Shown: positions 51,555 through 61,688 of the stretch, one piece after another
Layout: each line of letters starts with the position of its first letter
How positions within the stretch are numbered: the stretch's first letter is position 1
Origin: Trichormus sp. ATA11-4-KO1
GTDB lineage: Bacteria; Cyanobacteriota; Cyanobacteriia; Cyanobacteriales; Nostocaceae
Assembly: GCA_019358915.1 (NCBI GenBank)
Contig: JAHHIM010000001.1
Location: forward strand, 64,001 to 128,000
DNA length: 64,000 nucleotides
Direction of reading: 5' to 3'
The notes under the pieces: generated by a model
Told to the model about the DNA's origin: nothing
The model's database searches: none
What the model saw: the letters and a program-made list of their open reading frames with translations, nothing else
Made by a program: the position numbers and the translations under genes

Positions 51555-52391
51555 ATGTGGTGTGGGTTTGGAAAATCCAGCATGATAATTGCTGTTAGCT
51601 GCTTAGTAACCACTACTGTGGTGGTTGCGGATACGACTTTTGCCGCTCGTCAACGTAACTATACGCCACAAGAGTTACGTACTGTGTTACGGGGCTTGGG
51701 CTATAACGTTAAAGTGACAAATGCACCCCTAACGGATGAAGAAACAAAAAAAGCCATCACTGAATTTCAAAGGGGTTACAAATTATCTGTTGATGGCATA
51801 GCAGGGCCAAAAACGCAAGATTTTGCTGCTAACATCGTCAAAATTCTGCAAGCCAATTTAAACGCGGTACTTAAACCTGATCCTCTTTTACCCCGTGATC
51901 AATTTTACGGGACTCGAACAGAAGAAGCTGTGAAGGTGGCTCAGAAAAAGTTTCAGATGGAAGAAACCGGCATTGCTAATTTAGCATTCCGCCAGAAGCT
52001 AAATGAAGAGGCAAAAAAAGTTATAGGTCAGCCTAGTACTGAGCTGACACCAACGCCAACGTCAACACCAACGCCGACACCGACACCGACACCAACGCCG
52101 ACACCGACACCAACGCCAACGCCGACACCGACACCAACGCCAACGCCAACGCCGACACCGACACCGACACCAACGCCGACACCGACACCGACACCAACGC
52201 CAACGCCAACGCCAACGCCAACGCCAACGCCGACACCGACACCGACACCAACGCCAACGCCAACGCCAACGCCAACGCCGACACCGACACCGACACCAAC
52301 GCCAACGCCAACGCCAACGCCAACGCCGACACCGACACCGACACCAACGCCAACGCCAACGCCAACGCCGACGCCAACGCCAACACCATAA
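51555..52391 (+). CDS. peptidoglycan-binding domain protein with 114-aa Thr-Pro tail
   Basis: Signal peptide; [22 protein letters not shown] and [14 protein letters not shown]-binding repeats; TP tail from aa 165. Confidence 0.9.
   Translation: MWCGFGKSSMIIAVSCLVTTTVVVADTTFAARQRNYTPQELRTVLRGLGYNVKVTNAPLTDEETKKAITEFQRGYKLSVDGIAGPKTQDFAANIVKILQANLNAVLKPDPLLPRDQFYGTRTEEAVKVAQKKFQMEETGIANLAFRQKLNEEAKKVIGQPSTELTPTPTSTPTPTPTPTPTPTPTPTPTPTPTPTPTPTPTPTPTPTPTPTPTPTPTPTPTPTPTPTPTPTPTPTPTPTPTPTPTPTPTPTPTPTPTPTPTPTPTPTPTPTPTPTPTP
52047..52388 (+). repeat. ACRCCR hexamer tandem array, 57 units
   Basis: ACACCA/ACGCCA/ACGCCG/ACACCG units with one ACGTCA variant. Confidence 0.95.
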
Positions 52392-52549
52392 GCTTCAATA
52401 AAACAGTCTTACAGAGGAGATTACATAAAGCCCCCAGTACATCACGCATTAGCAGAGCTTTCACTTTAGTGATACGCTCATCACGTAGTGTACTGCGGGC
52501 TTAATTACGTTCGCGTAGCGTTTCCGCAGGAAATATTACGAATTACGAA

Positions 52550-53443
52550 TTACGAATTTTGATTTGGTTCTTCCAGAGGTCTGCCTTTAGGCGACGGTAA
52601 AATTGGGCGACGGTCATTGTAGGGCATGGGAATGTATTGGACAGTGGGTCGTCCCCCTTGGGGTTGTGGATACAAATCCATGAGTTTGTAAATAGAAAGG
52701 GGTAGTCCAACGGTTATGGGCAAACCTATTTCTGATGCTTCCTCAACAGTGACGGGATAGTCGTGGGTCACACGTCCTGTTGTCAAAGCTTCGATAATCG
52801 GTTCGATATTTTCCGGTAAAACTTTTTGTTTGGGTATACTGTCTTTCAGCAGAGTTCTAACAAAGCGCTGTACTTGCTGAATGGCTTTCCCTGCAAGATC
52901 TGCCATGATTAGGGTTTGGTCGTCAATATCACCGATGGGTTTATCTGCGACCACTTTTAAGATACTGGCTGCTGGATAATTACCTAATTGAGGATCAACT
53001 GGCCCCAAAACTGCGTTGGCATCCATGATAATTTCATCTGAGGCGAGGGCCAGCATTGTACCGCCACTCATGGCGTAGTGAGGTACAAAAACGGTGACTT
53101 TGGAAGGGTGACGAATTAATGCCCTAGCGATTTGTTCGGTGGCTAATACCAAACCTCCGGGGGTGTGCAAAATTAAGTCAATGGGGACTTCTGGCGGGGT
53201 GAGGCGAATTGCCCGCAATATCTGTTCTGAATCTTCAATAGTAATGTAGCGCGAGAGGGGAATTCCCAGTAAGCTGATGGACTCTTGACGGTGAATTAAC
53301 AAAATTACCCGACTTTTGCGTTCTTGTTGGAATTCTTGGAGGGTACGTAAGCGCCGATATTCCATTTGGCGCTTTTGCCAGAGGGGTTGTAAGGAAGTGA
53401 AGATCAGGAAAATCCAAAATAAATCACCAATGCCAAAGCCCAT
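52550..53443 (-). CDS. SDH-family ClpP-fold serine protease
   Basis: LILHTPGG, YAMSGGTMLALA, LGPVDPQ, THDYP. Confidence 0.9.
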   Translation of the reverse strand: MGFGIGDLFWIFLIFTSLQPLWQKRQMEYRRLRTLQEFQQERKSRVILLIHRQESISLLGIPLSRYITIEDSEQILRAIRLTPPEVPIDLILHTPGGLVLATEQIARALIRHPSKVTVFVPHYAMSGGTMLALASDEIIMDANAVLGPVDPQLGNYPAASILKVVADKPIGDIDDQTLIMADLAGKAIQQVQRFVRTLLKDSIPKQKVLPENIEPIIEALTTGRVTHDYPVTVEEASEIGLPITVGLPLSIYKLMDLYPQPQGGRPTVQYIPMPYNDRRPILPSPKGRPLEEPNQNS

Positions 53444-53519
53444 AAAAAAATTGTGTAAAAATAAATTTTGCTGTCATTATTGTGACAGTTTTTGAGCGAT
53501 CGCATGTCTATCTAGAGGT

Positions 53520-54320
53520 TTATCTCAGTTCATCAGGATTTACTCCTAACTGACGCAACCATTCTGCTAGTTGTGCGGCTTTTCTTTTTGCTTGTTCAGC
53601 TTCCTGTTCCGCAATCATAGCCCGTTCATTAGCAGCCGCAACTTCTTCTGTAGGTTCAGGAATCAGTTCTCCTGACAAGGTAAACCACCTTAACCACAAT
53701 TTTTCAATATCCCTAAATGAACCTTGCCATAAGCCTAAACTTAAACCTATTTCTGGCATTGGCAAACGTCCATCAGTGAAAGTCATCGGTTCATAATGAC
53801 CACCGACTAATTGAAATGCCCGGAGTTCGTTGGTATAACGGCTAAAAACAATATAGTAGGGGATTCGCAAGATATTTTGATAAACTTCCCATTTACTCGG
53901 AGGTTGATTTGTGGTTTTTTGTGTGTTGCCTAAGTCTTCATCTTCTGTACCAGGAGATAATAATTCCACCACAACAAAAGGATTTGCTGGTTCTTGCCAA
54001 GTTACATAACTTAAACGTAAATCTTCACCTTTATAGAGTTTTTGTACACCGACAACGCCAAACCAATCAGGGCGTTTGTACCATAAAGGATGCTGAAGGT
54101 CATAGTAAAGATTGAGGTCAGCCGCACTATAAACTAATTCAGGATTCCAGTTGGTTGGCTGGAAAGTTAAATATAAAAGTAAGGGTTGTAAAAAATGAAA
54201 TTCGTCTGGCAAACCTGGTTCATCTGGGTTGTCACTGGGTAAATCATACATTGTGGGTAGCGTTTCCCAAGGAGGGAGCGGGGGGTCTGATTGGGGAATA
54301 TATTGAGGAGAAGAAGTCAT
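53520..54320 (-). CDS. Uma2 family (DUF820) PD-(D/E)xK endonuclease-like protein
   Basis: RPDWFGV, VVVELLSPGT, KWEVY..ILRIPYY; C-terminal coiled tail. Confidence 0.9.
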   Translation of the reverse strand: MTSSPQYIPQSDPPLPPWETLPTMYDLPSDNPDEPGLPDEFHFLQPLLLYLTFQPTNWNPELVYSAADLNLYYDLQHPLWYKRPDWFGVVGVQKLYKGEDLRLSYVTWQEPANPFVVVELLSPGTEDEDLGNTQKTTNQPPSKWEVYQNILRIPYYIVFSRYTNELRAFQLVGGHYEPMTFTDGRLPMPEIGLSLGLWQGSFRDIEKLWLRWFTLSGELIPEPTEEVAAANERAMIAEQEAEQAKRKAAQLAEWLRQLGVNPDELR

Positions 54321-54434
54321 AATACAAATATTTTTAGATAAAAACCACTATTGACCAAATATCTATAATAGTAGTGAATAGCAGATTTATTACCCCAAGA
54401 AGTTGTTGATGTCACTTTTGGGGAAAAGCACAAG

Positions 54435-54612
54435 TTATTTTTTAATTTTCCCAATCATGATATTTTCTACTAGATTTCGCCATAACCTATCGGGAAGAAT
54501 AGCGTGGAGGAGTAAAAAAGCCTCACCATAAGGAGAATAACGTAATCTTCCTGAGCGATCGCTTGCTGCTTTATAAATTGTTTTTGCTACACCTTCAGGC
54601 TCAGGTACTGTT
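54435..54612 (-). pseudogene. C-terminal remnant of an SDR-family oxidoreductase
   Basis: Minus frame reads PEPEGVAKTIYKAASDRSGRLRYSPYGEAFLLLHAILPDRLWRNLVENIMIGKIKK*; no Rossmann N-terminus upstream. Confidence 0.6.
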
Positions 54613-54980
54613 CTAATTTGGATTGGGCGGTCGCCTTTATCATGCTTTTATATTAAAGTATAATTTTATACAATTTAAGCGAAAATGTAAAAAATTTTAT
54701 TAATAAATATTCTGTTTTAACGAAAATCAATTAATAGTTTACCTTTGGTATGATTTCAACTCTGATTTCCCTGAAAAAAATTGCCAGATTTAGCAAGTTT
54801 TTAGCTAATCTAGCAATCCTCAATTCTTAAATTTTTGGCAAAATGTCTAAATTTGTATTCCAATATGATGAAGGCGGAATATAACCACTTTCGGCGTTGC
54901 TGATTGATGGGATGAATTTGGTTTCGTGCATAGACGCGGAGCGGCTTCTCGCAGAGTAGACGCAAAGAATATACCTTTAT

Positions 54981-55133
54981 CAATACCTTAGCCAATTTAC
55001 GAGGGTGAGATGATGATGCTTTAACCATTAACTCCCATTTCTCGCTCGGCTTGGCAAAAACAATCAGCCATAAAAATTCCTTTAAGGTTTCCCACAAGGG
55101 TTTTTTAACGTATTGACAGCAGGATAAGGGTTT
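54981..55133 (-). repeat. second, inverted copy of the 153-bp dispersed repeat at 37746-37898
   Basis: Manual alignment gives 9 substitutions and no indels over 153 bp. Confidence 0.9.
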
Positions 55134-55237
55134 GGGATGACAAACTACCTTTTTATCGAAACGCTTATGTATGCTTATTTTTGCCAGTTTTGCCAAAAAT
55201 TATCAAGGCTCTTATTTTGGCTAAGGTATTGTTTATA

Positions 55238-55996
55238 TCATCCCATTTCTGGTTCAATACCTGCCGCCCGCAATTGTGCTGCTAGTCGTTCGGCGCGTTG
55301 TCTTTCTTGTTCGGCGCGTTGTCTTTCTTGCTCGGCGCGTTGTCTTTCTTGCTCTACTAATTCTGATCCCCAAAGTAGTAGATTTCCTTGTTCATCCCAC
55401 CACCTTAGCCAGTTTCCTGTGCGATTTTCCCGTGTACCTTGCCAGATGCCTAACTCAAGATTCATTTCGGTGATCCAGTAATTTTGGTTGTCATTAGGGG
55501 TTTGTAAGATGTATCGGCCTGTATTTTCATCAAGGCGATAAAATTCTAAGTTGCCGCTATCAGGAATAAAAATGGCATAGTTTGGTACTTTGAGGATGCG
55601 CTCATAAAAAAACCATTTTCCTGGGGGATAAGTAGGTTTGGCAGAATATTCTGTTCCCTCGGTATCAGATATAAATTCCATGACAATTACGGGAATGTCT
55701 CCCTGTAACTGAGGAGTGTAACTACGGATGACTTCTTCTCGATTAACGCTGATTTTGGGAATATATGCCCAGTCTGGGGCTTTGACGACAATTTTGCCAT
55801 TTAATGTAGCGCAGATGCCGTAATTGGTTGGGGTGAGGGCGGTGGTTGGGAGTTTTCCGGCGAGTTCTAAGCTTTCTGTTAATGCAGCAGCCAGGAAAGG
55901 TTGATTGATGTTGTCCACTGGATCGTCGGGTAGTTTGTAATCATCGGGTAGTTTTTCCCAAGTGATTTGGTATTTTGGGGTAACAATGGCTGTCAT
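55238..55996 (-). CDS. Uma2 family endonuclease-like protein with QERQRAE repeats
   Basis: KAPDWAY, VMEFIS, GKWFFYERILKVPNY; three 21-bp tandem repeats at the 3' end. Confidence 0.9.
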   Translation of the reverse strand: MTAIVTPKYQITWEKLPDDYKLPDDPVDNINQPFLAAALTESLELAGKLPTTALTPTNYGICATLNGKIVVKAPDWAYIPKISVNREEVIRSYTPQLQGDIPVIVMEFISDTEGTEYSAKPTYPPGKWFFYERILKVPNYAIFIPDSGNLEFYRLDENTGRYILQTPNDNQNYWITEMNLELGIWQGTRENRTGNWLRWWDEQGNLLLWGSELVEQERQRAEQERQRAEQERQRAERLAAQLRAAGIEPEMG

Positions 55997-56172
55997 GGCT
56001 GGTTTTCCTGGTGTGAGAGGTAGGTTTAGCCCTGTCAAGATAGATGAAAAATACCTCTAATTTGCTTGTAATTTTACTTGGTGTCTTGGTGGTTCATTGT
56101 CACCACAAAGGCACGAAGACACGAAGAAGACATAGTAATGTAGTTTATACTTTGACAGGGTTATAGGTAGGG

Positions 56173-57702
56173 TTAATCTTCGTCTTCATCTAGTTCTAAA
56201 TCGCTGGCTTCTAGGGTTTGGTGGGGGATGGCGGCGATAATTGCATCTATTACTTTGGAAACCGGTAAGATTTCGATATCATAGTCAGGGTATTTTTGTC
56301 CTTTGGGAACGATCGCCCGTTTAAATCCGAGTTTGGCTGCTTCTTTTAATCGCAGTTCCATTTGGGAAACCGATCGCACTTGTCCGCCTAAGCCGACTTC
56401 ACCAATTAATACCGTACCTGGATCAACAATGCGATCGCGGAAACTGGCAACGATGGCGATGGCAATGCCTAAATCTACCGCAGGTTCTTCTACACTCAAT
56501 CCACCCGCCGAAGCGACGTAAGAATCGAGTTTCGACATGGGAATTCCTACGCGTTTTTCTAAGACGGCGAGAATTTGCACGAGGCGGTTATAGTCTATCC
56601 CCGTACCTGCACGCCGAGGGGAAGGATAACTAGTAGGACTTACCAAAGCTTGCAACTCGACAACGATGGGGCGAGTCCCTTCGCAAGCGACGACAATAGC
56701 AGTACCTGGTGCTGGATCATCACGGTTGCCTAAAAATAATTCTGAAGGGTTGGAAACCTCTCGCAGTCCTTGTTCCACCATTTCAAAGATGCCGATTTCG
56801 TGAGTTGCCCCAAAGCGGTTTTTGACAGTTCTTAATAATCGATGAGAGGCAAAGCGATCGCCTTCAAAATACAATACTGTATCTACTAAGTGTTCTAAGA
56901 CTTTCGGCCCGGCGATCGCTCCTTCTTTGGTGACGTGTCCTACAATTAACATGGTGATGTCATCATGTTTTGCCACCTTCATCAAGGCGGCTGTACATTC
57001 CCTTACCTGAGCTACAGAACCAGGTGCAGATGTGAGTGCGGGAAAGAAGACTGTTTGAATACTGTCAATTACCGCCAGATTTGGTCTGAGAGATTCCATC
57101 TCCCTTAATATCTCTTCCAAATCTGTTTCCGGTAATACATATAAATCAGCATTTCTATTCTCTTCTGTTTGTTCTATGACCGGAGTTTCTGCGGCTTTGC
57201 CGTTCTCATTTTCCGGGATTTCTAAGGTTTTTGATACTCCCAAGCGAGAAGCACGCAATTTTACCTGTTGTCCTGATTCTTCGCCAGTTACGTAAAGAAT
57301 ACGGTATCTCTGCGCTAGCTGATTTGATACTTGTAAGAGTAAAGTAGATTTACCAATTCCCGGATCACCGCCAATCAATACCATGGAACCAGGCACAACT
57401 CCGCCACCCAGCACCCGATCCAGTTCCTCATAACCAGATCCCCAACGGGCAATTTGGCGATCGCTGATTTGAGCAAATGTCAGCGAGGCTCTGGGTTTTG
57501 CTGGTTTTCCCGCAGATTTGCCGTTATTTTGCGTTGCTTGCCAACCACTTATTCCCCCTCTACTTGGTATATCTACTGAGGACTGGATGGCAATCTGCTC
57601 TTCTAAGGAATTGTAGGTGCCGCAAGCTGGACACTTGCCAAACCATTGGGGAGATTCTGCTCCACACTCGTTACAAATGTAAAAGGTTTTAGGCTTTGCC
57701 AT
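56173..57702 (-). CDS. radA: DNA repair protein RadA/Sms
   Basis: C4 zinc finger, GDPGIGKST, KNRFG, Lon-like C-terminus. Confidence 0.97.
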   Translation of the reverse strand: MAKPKTFYICNECGAESPQWFGKCPACGTYNSLEEQIAIQSSVDIPSRGGISGWQATQNNGKSAGKPAKPRASLTFAQISDRQIARWGSGYEELDRVLGGGVVPGSMVLIGGDPGIGKSTLLLQVSNQLAQRYRILYVTGEESGQQVKLRASRLGVSKTLEIPENENGKAAETPVIEQTEENRNADLYVLPETDLEEILREMESLRPNLAVIDSIQTVFFPALTSAPGSVAQVRECTAALMKVAKHDDITMLIVGHVTKEGAIAGPKVLEHLVDTVLYFEGDRFASHRLLRTVKNRFGATHEIGIFEMVEQGLREVSNPSELFLGNRDDPAPGTAIVVACEGTRPIVVELQALVSPTSYPSPRRAGTGIDYNRLVQILAVLEKRVGIPMSKLDSYVASAGGLSVEEPAVDLGIAIAIVASFRDRIVDPGTVLIGEVGLGGQVRSVSQMELRLKEAAKLGFKRAIVPKGQKYPDYDIEILPVSKVIDAIIAAIPHQTLEASDLELDEDED

Positions 57703-57873
57703 TCTTAAAAGTTATTAAAAAATCTTAATTTTTCTTTAATTTTTTGCTCAAAACTAAAATCGAACAATAGTAAGAGTTAGAGCTTTTTTCCAATCAATTC
57801 AGGGAATGATATCTTAATATTATGGTATTAAAAATTAATCATGAAAAATTTTAGTTAAGGAGCGTTGAAAAAC

Positions 57874-58602
57874 TTGGAAAGTCATAAAGAAAAAATCCTG
57901 GTGGTAGACGACGAAGCCAGCATTCGCCGGATTTTGGAAACGCGCCTTTCCATGATTGGCTACGATGTAGTGACGGCTGGCGACGGGGAGGAAGCTTTGG
58001 ACACTTTTCGCAAAGCTGAACCTGACCTGGTGGTTTTGGATGTGATGATGCCAAAGCTAGACGGCTACGGTGTGTGTCAAGAGTTACGTAAGGAATCAGA
58101 TGTTCCCATTATCATGCTAACAGCCTTGGGGGACGTTGCTGATCGCATCACTGGTCTAGAATTGGGTGCTGATGATTATGTAGTGAAACCATTTTCCCCC
58201 AAAGAGTTAGAAGCACGGATTCGCTCAGTGCTGCGCCGAGTAGATAAAACCGGGGCTTCTGGTATTCCTAGTTCTGGGGTGATCCATGTTGGTAACATCA
58301 AAATAGATACGAATAAGCGACAAGTCTACAAAGGCGATGAGCGTATTCGCTTGACGGGAATGGAGTTTAGCCTTTTAGAGTTGCTAGTCAGCCGTTCTGG
58401 AGAAGCTTTTTCCCGTTCGGAAATTTTGCAGGAGGTATGGGGTTACACACCAGAACGCCATGTAGATACTCGTGTAGTAGACGTGCATATTTCCCGTTTG
58501 CGGGCAAAGTTAGAAGATGATCCTAGTAATCCAGAATTAATTCTCACAGCCAGAGGTACTGGTTATCTATTTCAGCGAATTATAGAACCTGGGGAAGAGT
58601 AA
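57874..58602 (+). CDS. rpaB: OmpR-family response regulator RpaB
   Basis: ILVVDDEASIRRILETRLSMIGY, VWGYTPERHVDTRVVDVHISRLR; TTG start with AAGGAG RBS; divergent from radA. Confidence 0.95.
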   Translation: MESHKEKILVVDDEASIRRILETRLSMIGYDVVTAGDGEEALDTFRKAEPDLVVLDVMMPKLDGYGVCQELRKESDVPIIMLTALGDVADRITGLELGADDYVVKPFSPKELEARIRSVLRRVDKTGASGIPSSGVIHVGNIKIDTNKRQVYKGDERIRLTGMEFSLLELLVSRSGEAFSRSEILQEVWGYTPERHVDTRVVDVHISRLRAKLEDDPSNPELILTARGTGYLFQRIIEPGEE

Positions 58603-58675
58603 GGAAAGTTGTACAAAAGTCAATAGTTGTAGTCTAACAAACAACTAATGACTAATAACTAATGACTAATGACCA

Positions 58676-59317
58676 ATGACTAAACCTGATCCCAATCGAA
58701 TTTTACGGCGTCTACCCTTAGCTGTCGGTGGGTTAGGCGCTGTACTTTTGCTGATTAACCGTTTGTTGACTCCACAACTAACGGAGTCTCAAGCGCGTGG
58801 GGATGTGTTGGGTGTAATTTTAAGTGCAGTCTTAATTTTGACGGGTTTAATTTGGCAGCAAGTACAGCCGCGATCGCCTGATTCTGTAGAATTAATTGGG
58901 GAAGAAGGTTTTGTCCTAGCAGCAGATTTACCAGAAGCTGTAAAAACAGAATTAGCTTGGGCATCCCATTTATTATTGACTAATACAGTCACGCGATCGC
59001 TGGTTATTGTTTATCAAGACAAGGTTTTGTTACGTCGTGGGATTCTGGCTGCAAAATCTGAAGTCACACCAGGGCCAATATTAAAACGAGTATTAGAAAC
59101 AAAAAAGCCGATTTATTTAGTTGCTTTAAAAGTTTACCCAGGACGAATTGAATTTGATTATTTACCAGAAAATACACAAGGTGTAATTTGTCAACCAATT
59201 GGTAACCAAGGTGTGATGATTTTGGCTGCTAATGCTCCTCGCAGTTACACCAAACAAGATGAAAATTGGATTGCAGGAATTGCTGATAAATTAGCCGTTA
59301 CTCTTAAAGAGATTTAA
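58676..59317 (+). CDS. cofactor assembly of complex C subunit B (CCB2/CCB4 family)
   Basis: ELAWASHLLLTNT, YPGRIEFDYLPENTQGVICQP. Confidence 0.88.
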   Translation: MTKPDPNRILRRLPLAVGGLGAVLLLINRLLTPQLTESQARGDVLGVILSAVLILTGLIWQQVQPRSPDSVELIGEEGFVLAADLPEAVKTELAWASHLLLTNTVTRSLVIVYQDKVLLRRGILAAKSEVTPGPILKRVLETKKPIYLVALKVYPGRIEFDYLPENTQGVICQPIGNQGVMILAANAPRSYTKQDENWIAGIADKLAVTLKEI

Positions 59318-59347
59318 TTTTATTATTGTTTATTGTTAATTCCCCAA

Positions 59348-59986
59348 ATGGTAACAACAGCACCACTGGCAGAAACAAGAACATTGCTAAAAAACATTAG
59401 CTGGCAAACATTTAAAGCCATGCTAGTAGATATGGGCACTGAACGCAACTTTCGACTGGCCTACGACAATAAAAGAGTAGAAATCATGACCCCACTCATG
59501 CCGCATGAGAACTCCAATCGCCTGATTGAAGGCTTAATTCTTGTGCTTTGTGAGGAATTTGCTTTAGAGGTTAAAACTACAGGTTCATTAACTTTGACAC
59601 GAAATGACCTAGAAAAAGCAGGAGAGCCAGATAGTAGTTATTATATTCAGAATGAATTTTTGGTAAGGGATAAAGAAAATATAGATTTAGATCAAGACCC
59701 ACCACCAGATTTAGTCCTAGAGGTAGATTACTCCAGACCCAAAATAGATAAATTATCTCTCTATGCTTCAATGGGTATCCCTGAGTTTTGGAGATATAAC
59801 GGTTCTGTATTGCGAATTTATGCTCTTTCAGGTAATCAATATTTAGAAGTTGAGCTTAGTCCTACCTTTACGCCAATTTTGGTAAAAGACATTCCCCGAT
59901 GGATACAAGAAAGTAAAAAAATTGGCCAATTAGCAGCTAAGAATGCTTTTCGCGTTTGGGTAAAACAGCAAATATTTAAAGCATAG
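59348..59986 (+). CDS. Uma2 family endonuclease-like protein
   Basis: ISWQTF, EIMTP..PHE, EPDSSYY, PPDLVLEVD, GIPEFWRY. Confidence 0.9.
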   Translation: MVTTAPLAETRTLLKNISWQTFKAMLVDMGTERNFRLAYDNKRVEIMTPLMPHENSNRLIEGLILVLCEEFALEVKTTGSLTLTRNDLEKAGEPDSSYYIQNEFLVRDKENIDLDQDPPPDLVLEVDYSRPKIDKLSLYASMGIPEFWRYNGSVLRIYALSGNQYLEVELSPTFTPILVKDIPRWIQESKKIGQLAAKNAFRVWVKQQIFKA

Positions 59987-60058
59987 TTAGGATACTTAAT
60001 AATCGATTCATACCAGAAAGTAAAGCAAGCGCCAGTTAGAAATTACGAATTATAAATT

Positions 60059-60577
60059 ATGCAACTTATTTATTGGCTACTAATTCTTGTTATGGTTGTG
60101 GGGATAATTGGTTCTGTAGTTCCTGGTATCCCTGGTAGCGGCTTAATTTTAACCTCTATTATTATCTGGGGAGTGATTAGTGGTTCCTTTGCTGCCATTA
60201 AAATCCCACTCATTGTGATCGTTATAGTTTTGTTCCTGAGTATTGGAGTTGAATTATTAGCTAGCTACTTAGGTGCAAAACATGCAGGTGCTAGCAAGTG
60301 GGGACAAATAGGCGCAATTGTCGGGTTGATATTGGGATTTTTTGGTTTACTCCCAACCTTGCCTTTTGGGGGGCCTTTGTTAGGAATTTTACTAGGGCCA
60401 CTCTTAGGAGCGATTATCGCTGAATTTCTTTACCGACGTGAACTATGGCCAGCAGTTAAGGCTGGTGTGGGAATTATCGTAGGTTCACTGATTGGAAACT
60501 TGATTCAAGGTTTGTTAGCGATCGCCGCCGTGATAATTTTTGTGATTACAACTTGGCCCCAAGTCTACGGGGCTTAA
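60059..60577 (+). CDS. DUF456 family membrane protein
   Basis: VPGIPG, GAKHAGASKWG, GPLLGAIIAE. Confidence 0.9.
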   Translation: MQLIYWLLILVMVVGIIGSVVPGIPGSGLILTSIIIWGVISGSFAAIKIPLIVIVIVLFLSIGVELLASYLGAKHAGASKWGQIGAIVGLILGFFGLLPTLPFGGPLLGILLGPLLGAIIAEFLYRRELWPAVKAGVGIIVGSLIGNLIQGLLAIAAVIIFVITTWPQVYGA

Positions 60578-60608
60578 AATTTGATATATTGTACTTACCC
60601 CATCCCCC

Positions 60609-60644
60609 GGAAGCCCGGTTGTTTCTTGAAGCAACTGGGCTTCC
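60609..60644. terminator. hairpin between convergent DUF456 and WYL genes
   Basis: GGAAGCCCGGTTG..CAACTGGGCTTCC. Confidence 0.65.
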
Positions 60645-60718
60645 CCCCTATCTATGGCATGGTGCAAAATCTCAAACTACTTTAACTGTGCTAATACTTT
60701 AAATAGTCGCCACAAACG

Positions 60719-61585
60719 CTAACCCATAATTTCAATATCATACAACTCGCATAAGGTGCGGAGTTTTTGTTTCAGGCGATCGCGCAGACTCTCCGGCGCT
60801 ATCACTACACAATCGGGAGCATACTGCATAACTTCGCGGCTAAACCAAAAGCTACTTGATACACGTCTGATGACTCGGCGGACTCGCGGCTTATCTGGTA
60901 GCCATTCATTAATATTGTCTTCTGGTTTAGCTTGATACCCAAAAGCCAAGCCAGCAAATAAGTGCATTTCTACTTCTATTTCGTCTAATTGAGTCCGCCA
61001 CTCACCAGGAATAGAAAGCACAGCCGCCTCAGTAATTCTGTCTAAACGCAAACTCCAGTTGTGAATGAGTTCGGGAATATCAAAGTTTCCTTCTGTTTCT
61101 TCACACCAACAATCAAGATATTGCCGTTTTTCGTGCGGTTTCACTTTGGCGTGGCGCACTGTGAAATTTAATAAGCGTCCAGCTGCATCTTGATAAGAAA
61201 GCTGAAATGGTTGGTTTCGCAGAATGTAGTTATCTATCTGTAAGCGCCAAGTTGGGGGTAAATTTTCTAAGAAGCGTTCAATGTCGCTTCTCAGTGGTAT
61301 TGATAATTCGCTGCGTTCTAAAAGTAAGTTTGCAATAACTTGTGCTTGTTCGATTTGTCCAATGTCGGTTAATGCAGCAATACACCGATGTAATGCACGG
61401 ATACGGGTTTCTGACCAATTGTTATTGTTACCGATGAGTAACTTACGTTGGGCGATCGCTTCTACTAGCTTGGATATATTCGGGCGATCGCCCCACATCA
61501 TACCAAATTCTAAGGCGATCGCTTCTAATTCCGCTTTATCGCGTTCTGAAATAGAGAGAGTTATAGACTGACCTTTCCGACTCAT
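60719..61585 (-). CDS. CRISPR-associated WYL-domain transcriptional regulator (RHH-like N-terminus)
   Basis: MSRKGQSITLSIS..; LSYQDAAG, YLDCWCEE, WSLRLDRI; divergent from cas3'. Confidence 0.9.
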   Translation of the reverse strand: MSRKGQSITLSISERDKAELEAIALEFGMMWGDRPNISKLVEAIAQRKLLIGNNNNWSETRIRALHRCIAALTDIGQIEQAQVIANLLLERSELSIPLRSDIERFLENLPPTWRLQIDNYILRNQPFQLSYQDAAGRLLNFTVRHAKVKPHEKRQYLDCWCEETEGNFDIPELIHNWSLRLDRITEAAVLSIPGEWRTQLDEIEVEMHLFAGLAFGYQAKPEDNINEWLPDKPRVRRVIRRVSSSFWFSREVMQYAPDCVVIAPESLRDRLKQKLRTLCELYDIEIMG

Positions 61586-61590
61586 ATTTG

Positions 61591-61688
61591 TACGGACACT
61601 TTTATACGGATGTATATTGCCAACCTTTATTTTGCATGGCAATATAAGAAGTAACAACCAGTTACGGACACTATTTAAGTGTATGTCC
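61591..61688. promoter_or_regulatory. divergent WYL/cas3 promoter region with operator-like repeats
   Basis: TACGGACACT at 61591-61600 and 61663-61672; inverted repeat TATATTGCCA (61613-61622) / TGGCAATATA (61637-61646). Confidence 0.65.

Noticed and set aside
52033..52464. 143-aa ORF of ALALVSVS repeats
   Set aside because: Antisense shadow of the Thr-Pro hexamer array.
54810..55196. 128-aa minus-strand ORF as a possible transposase
   Set aside because: It spans the 153-bp repeat; the same frame has stops in the other copy, and there is no DDE or HUH motif.
57150..57235. Acidic insertion in RadA as a possible intein
   Set aside because: Short low-complexity loop without intein splice motifs; such loops are common in cyanobacterial RadA.
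61661..61672. TTACGG shared between the cas3 promoter and the mini-array spacer
   Set aside because: Six-nt match with no GTN PAM in register; insufficient evidence for autorepression.
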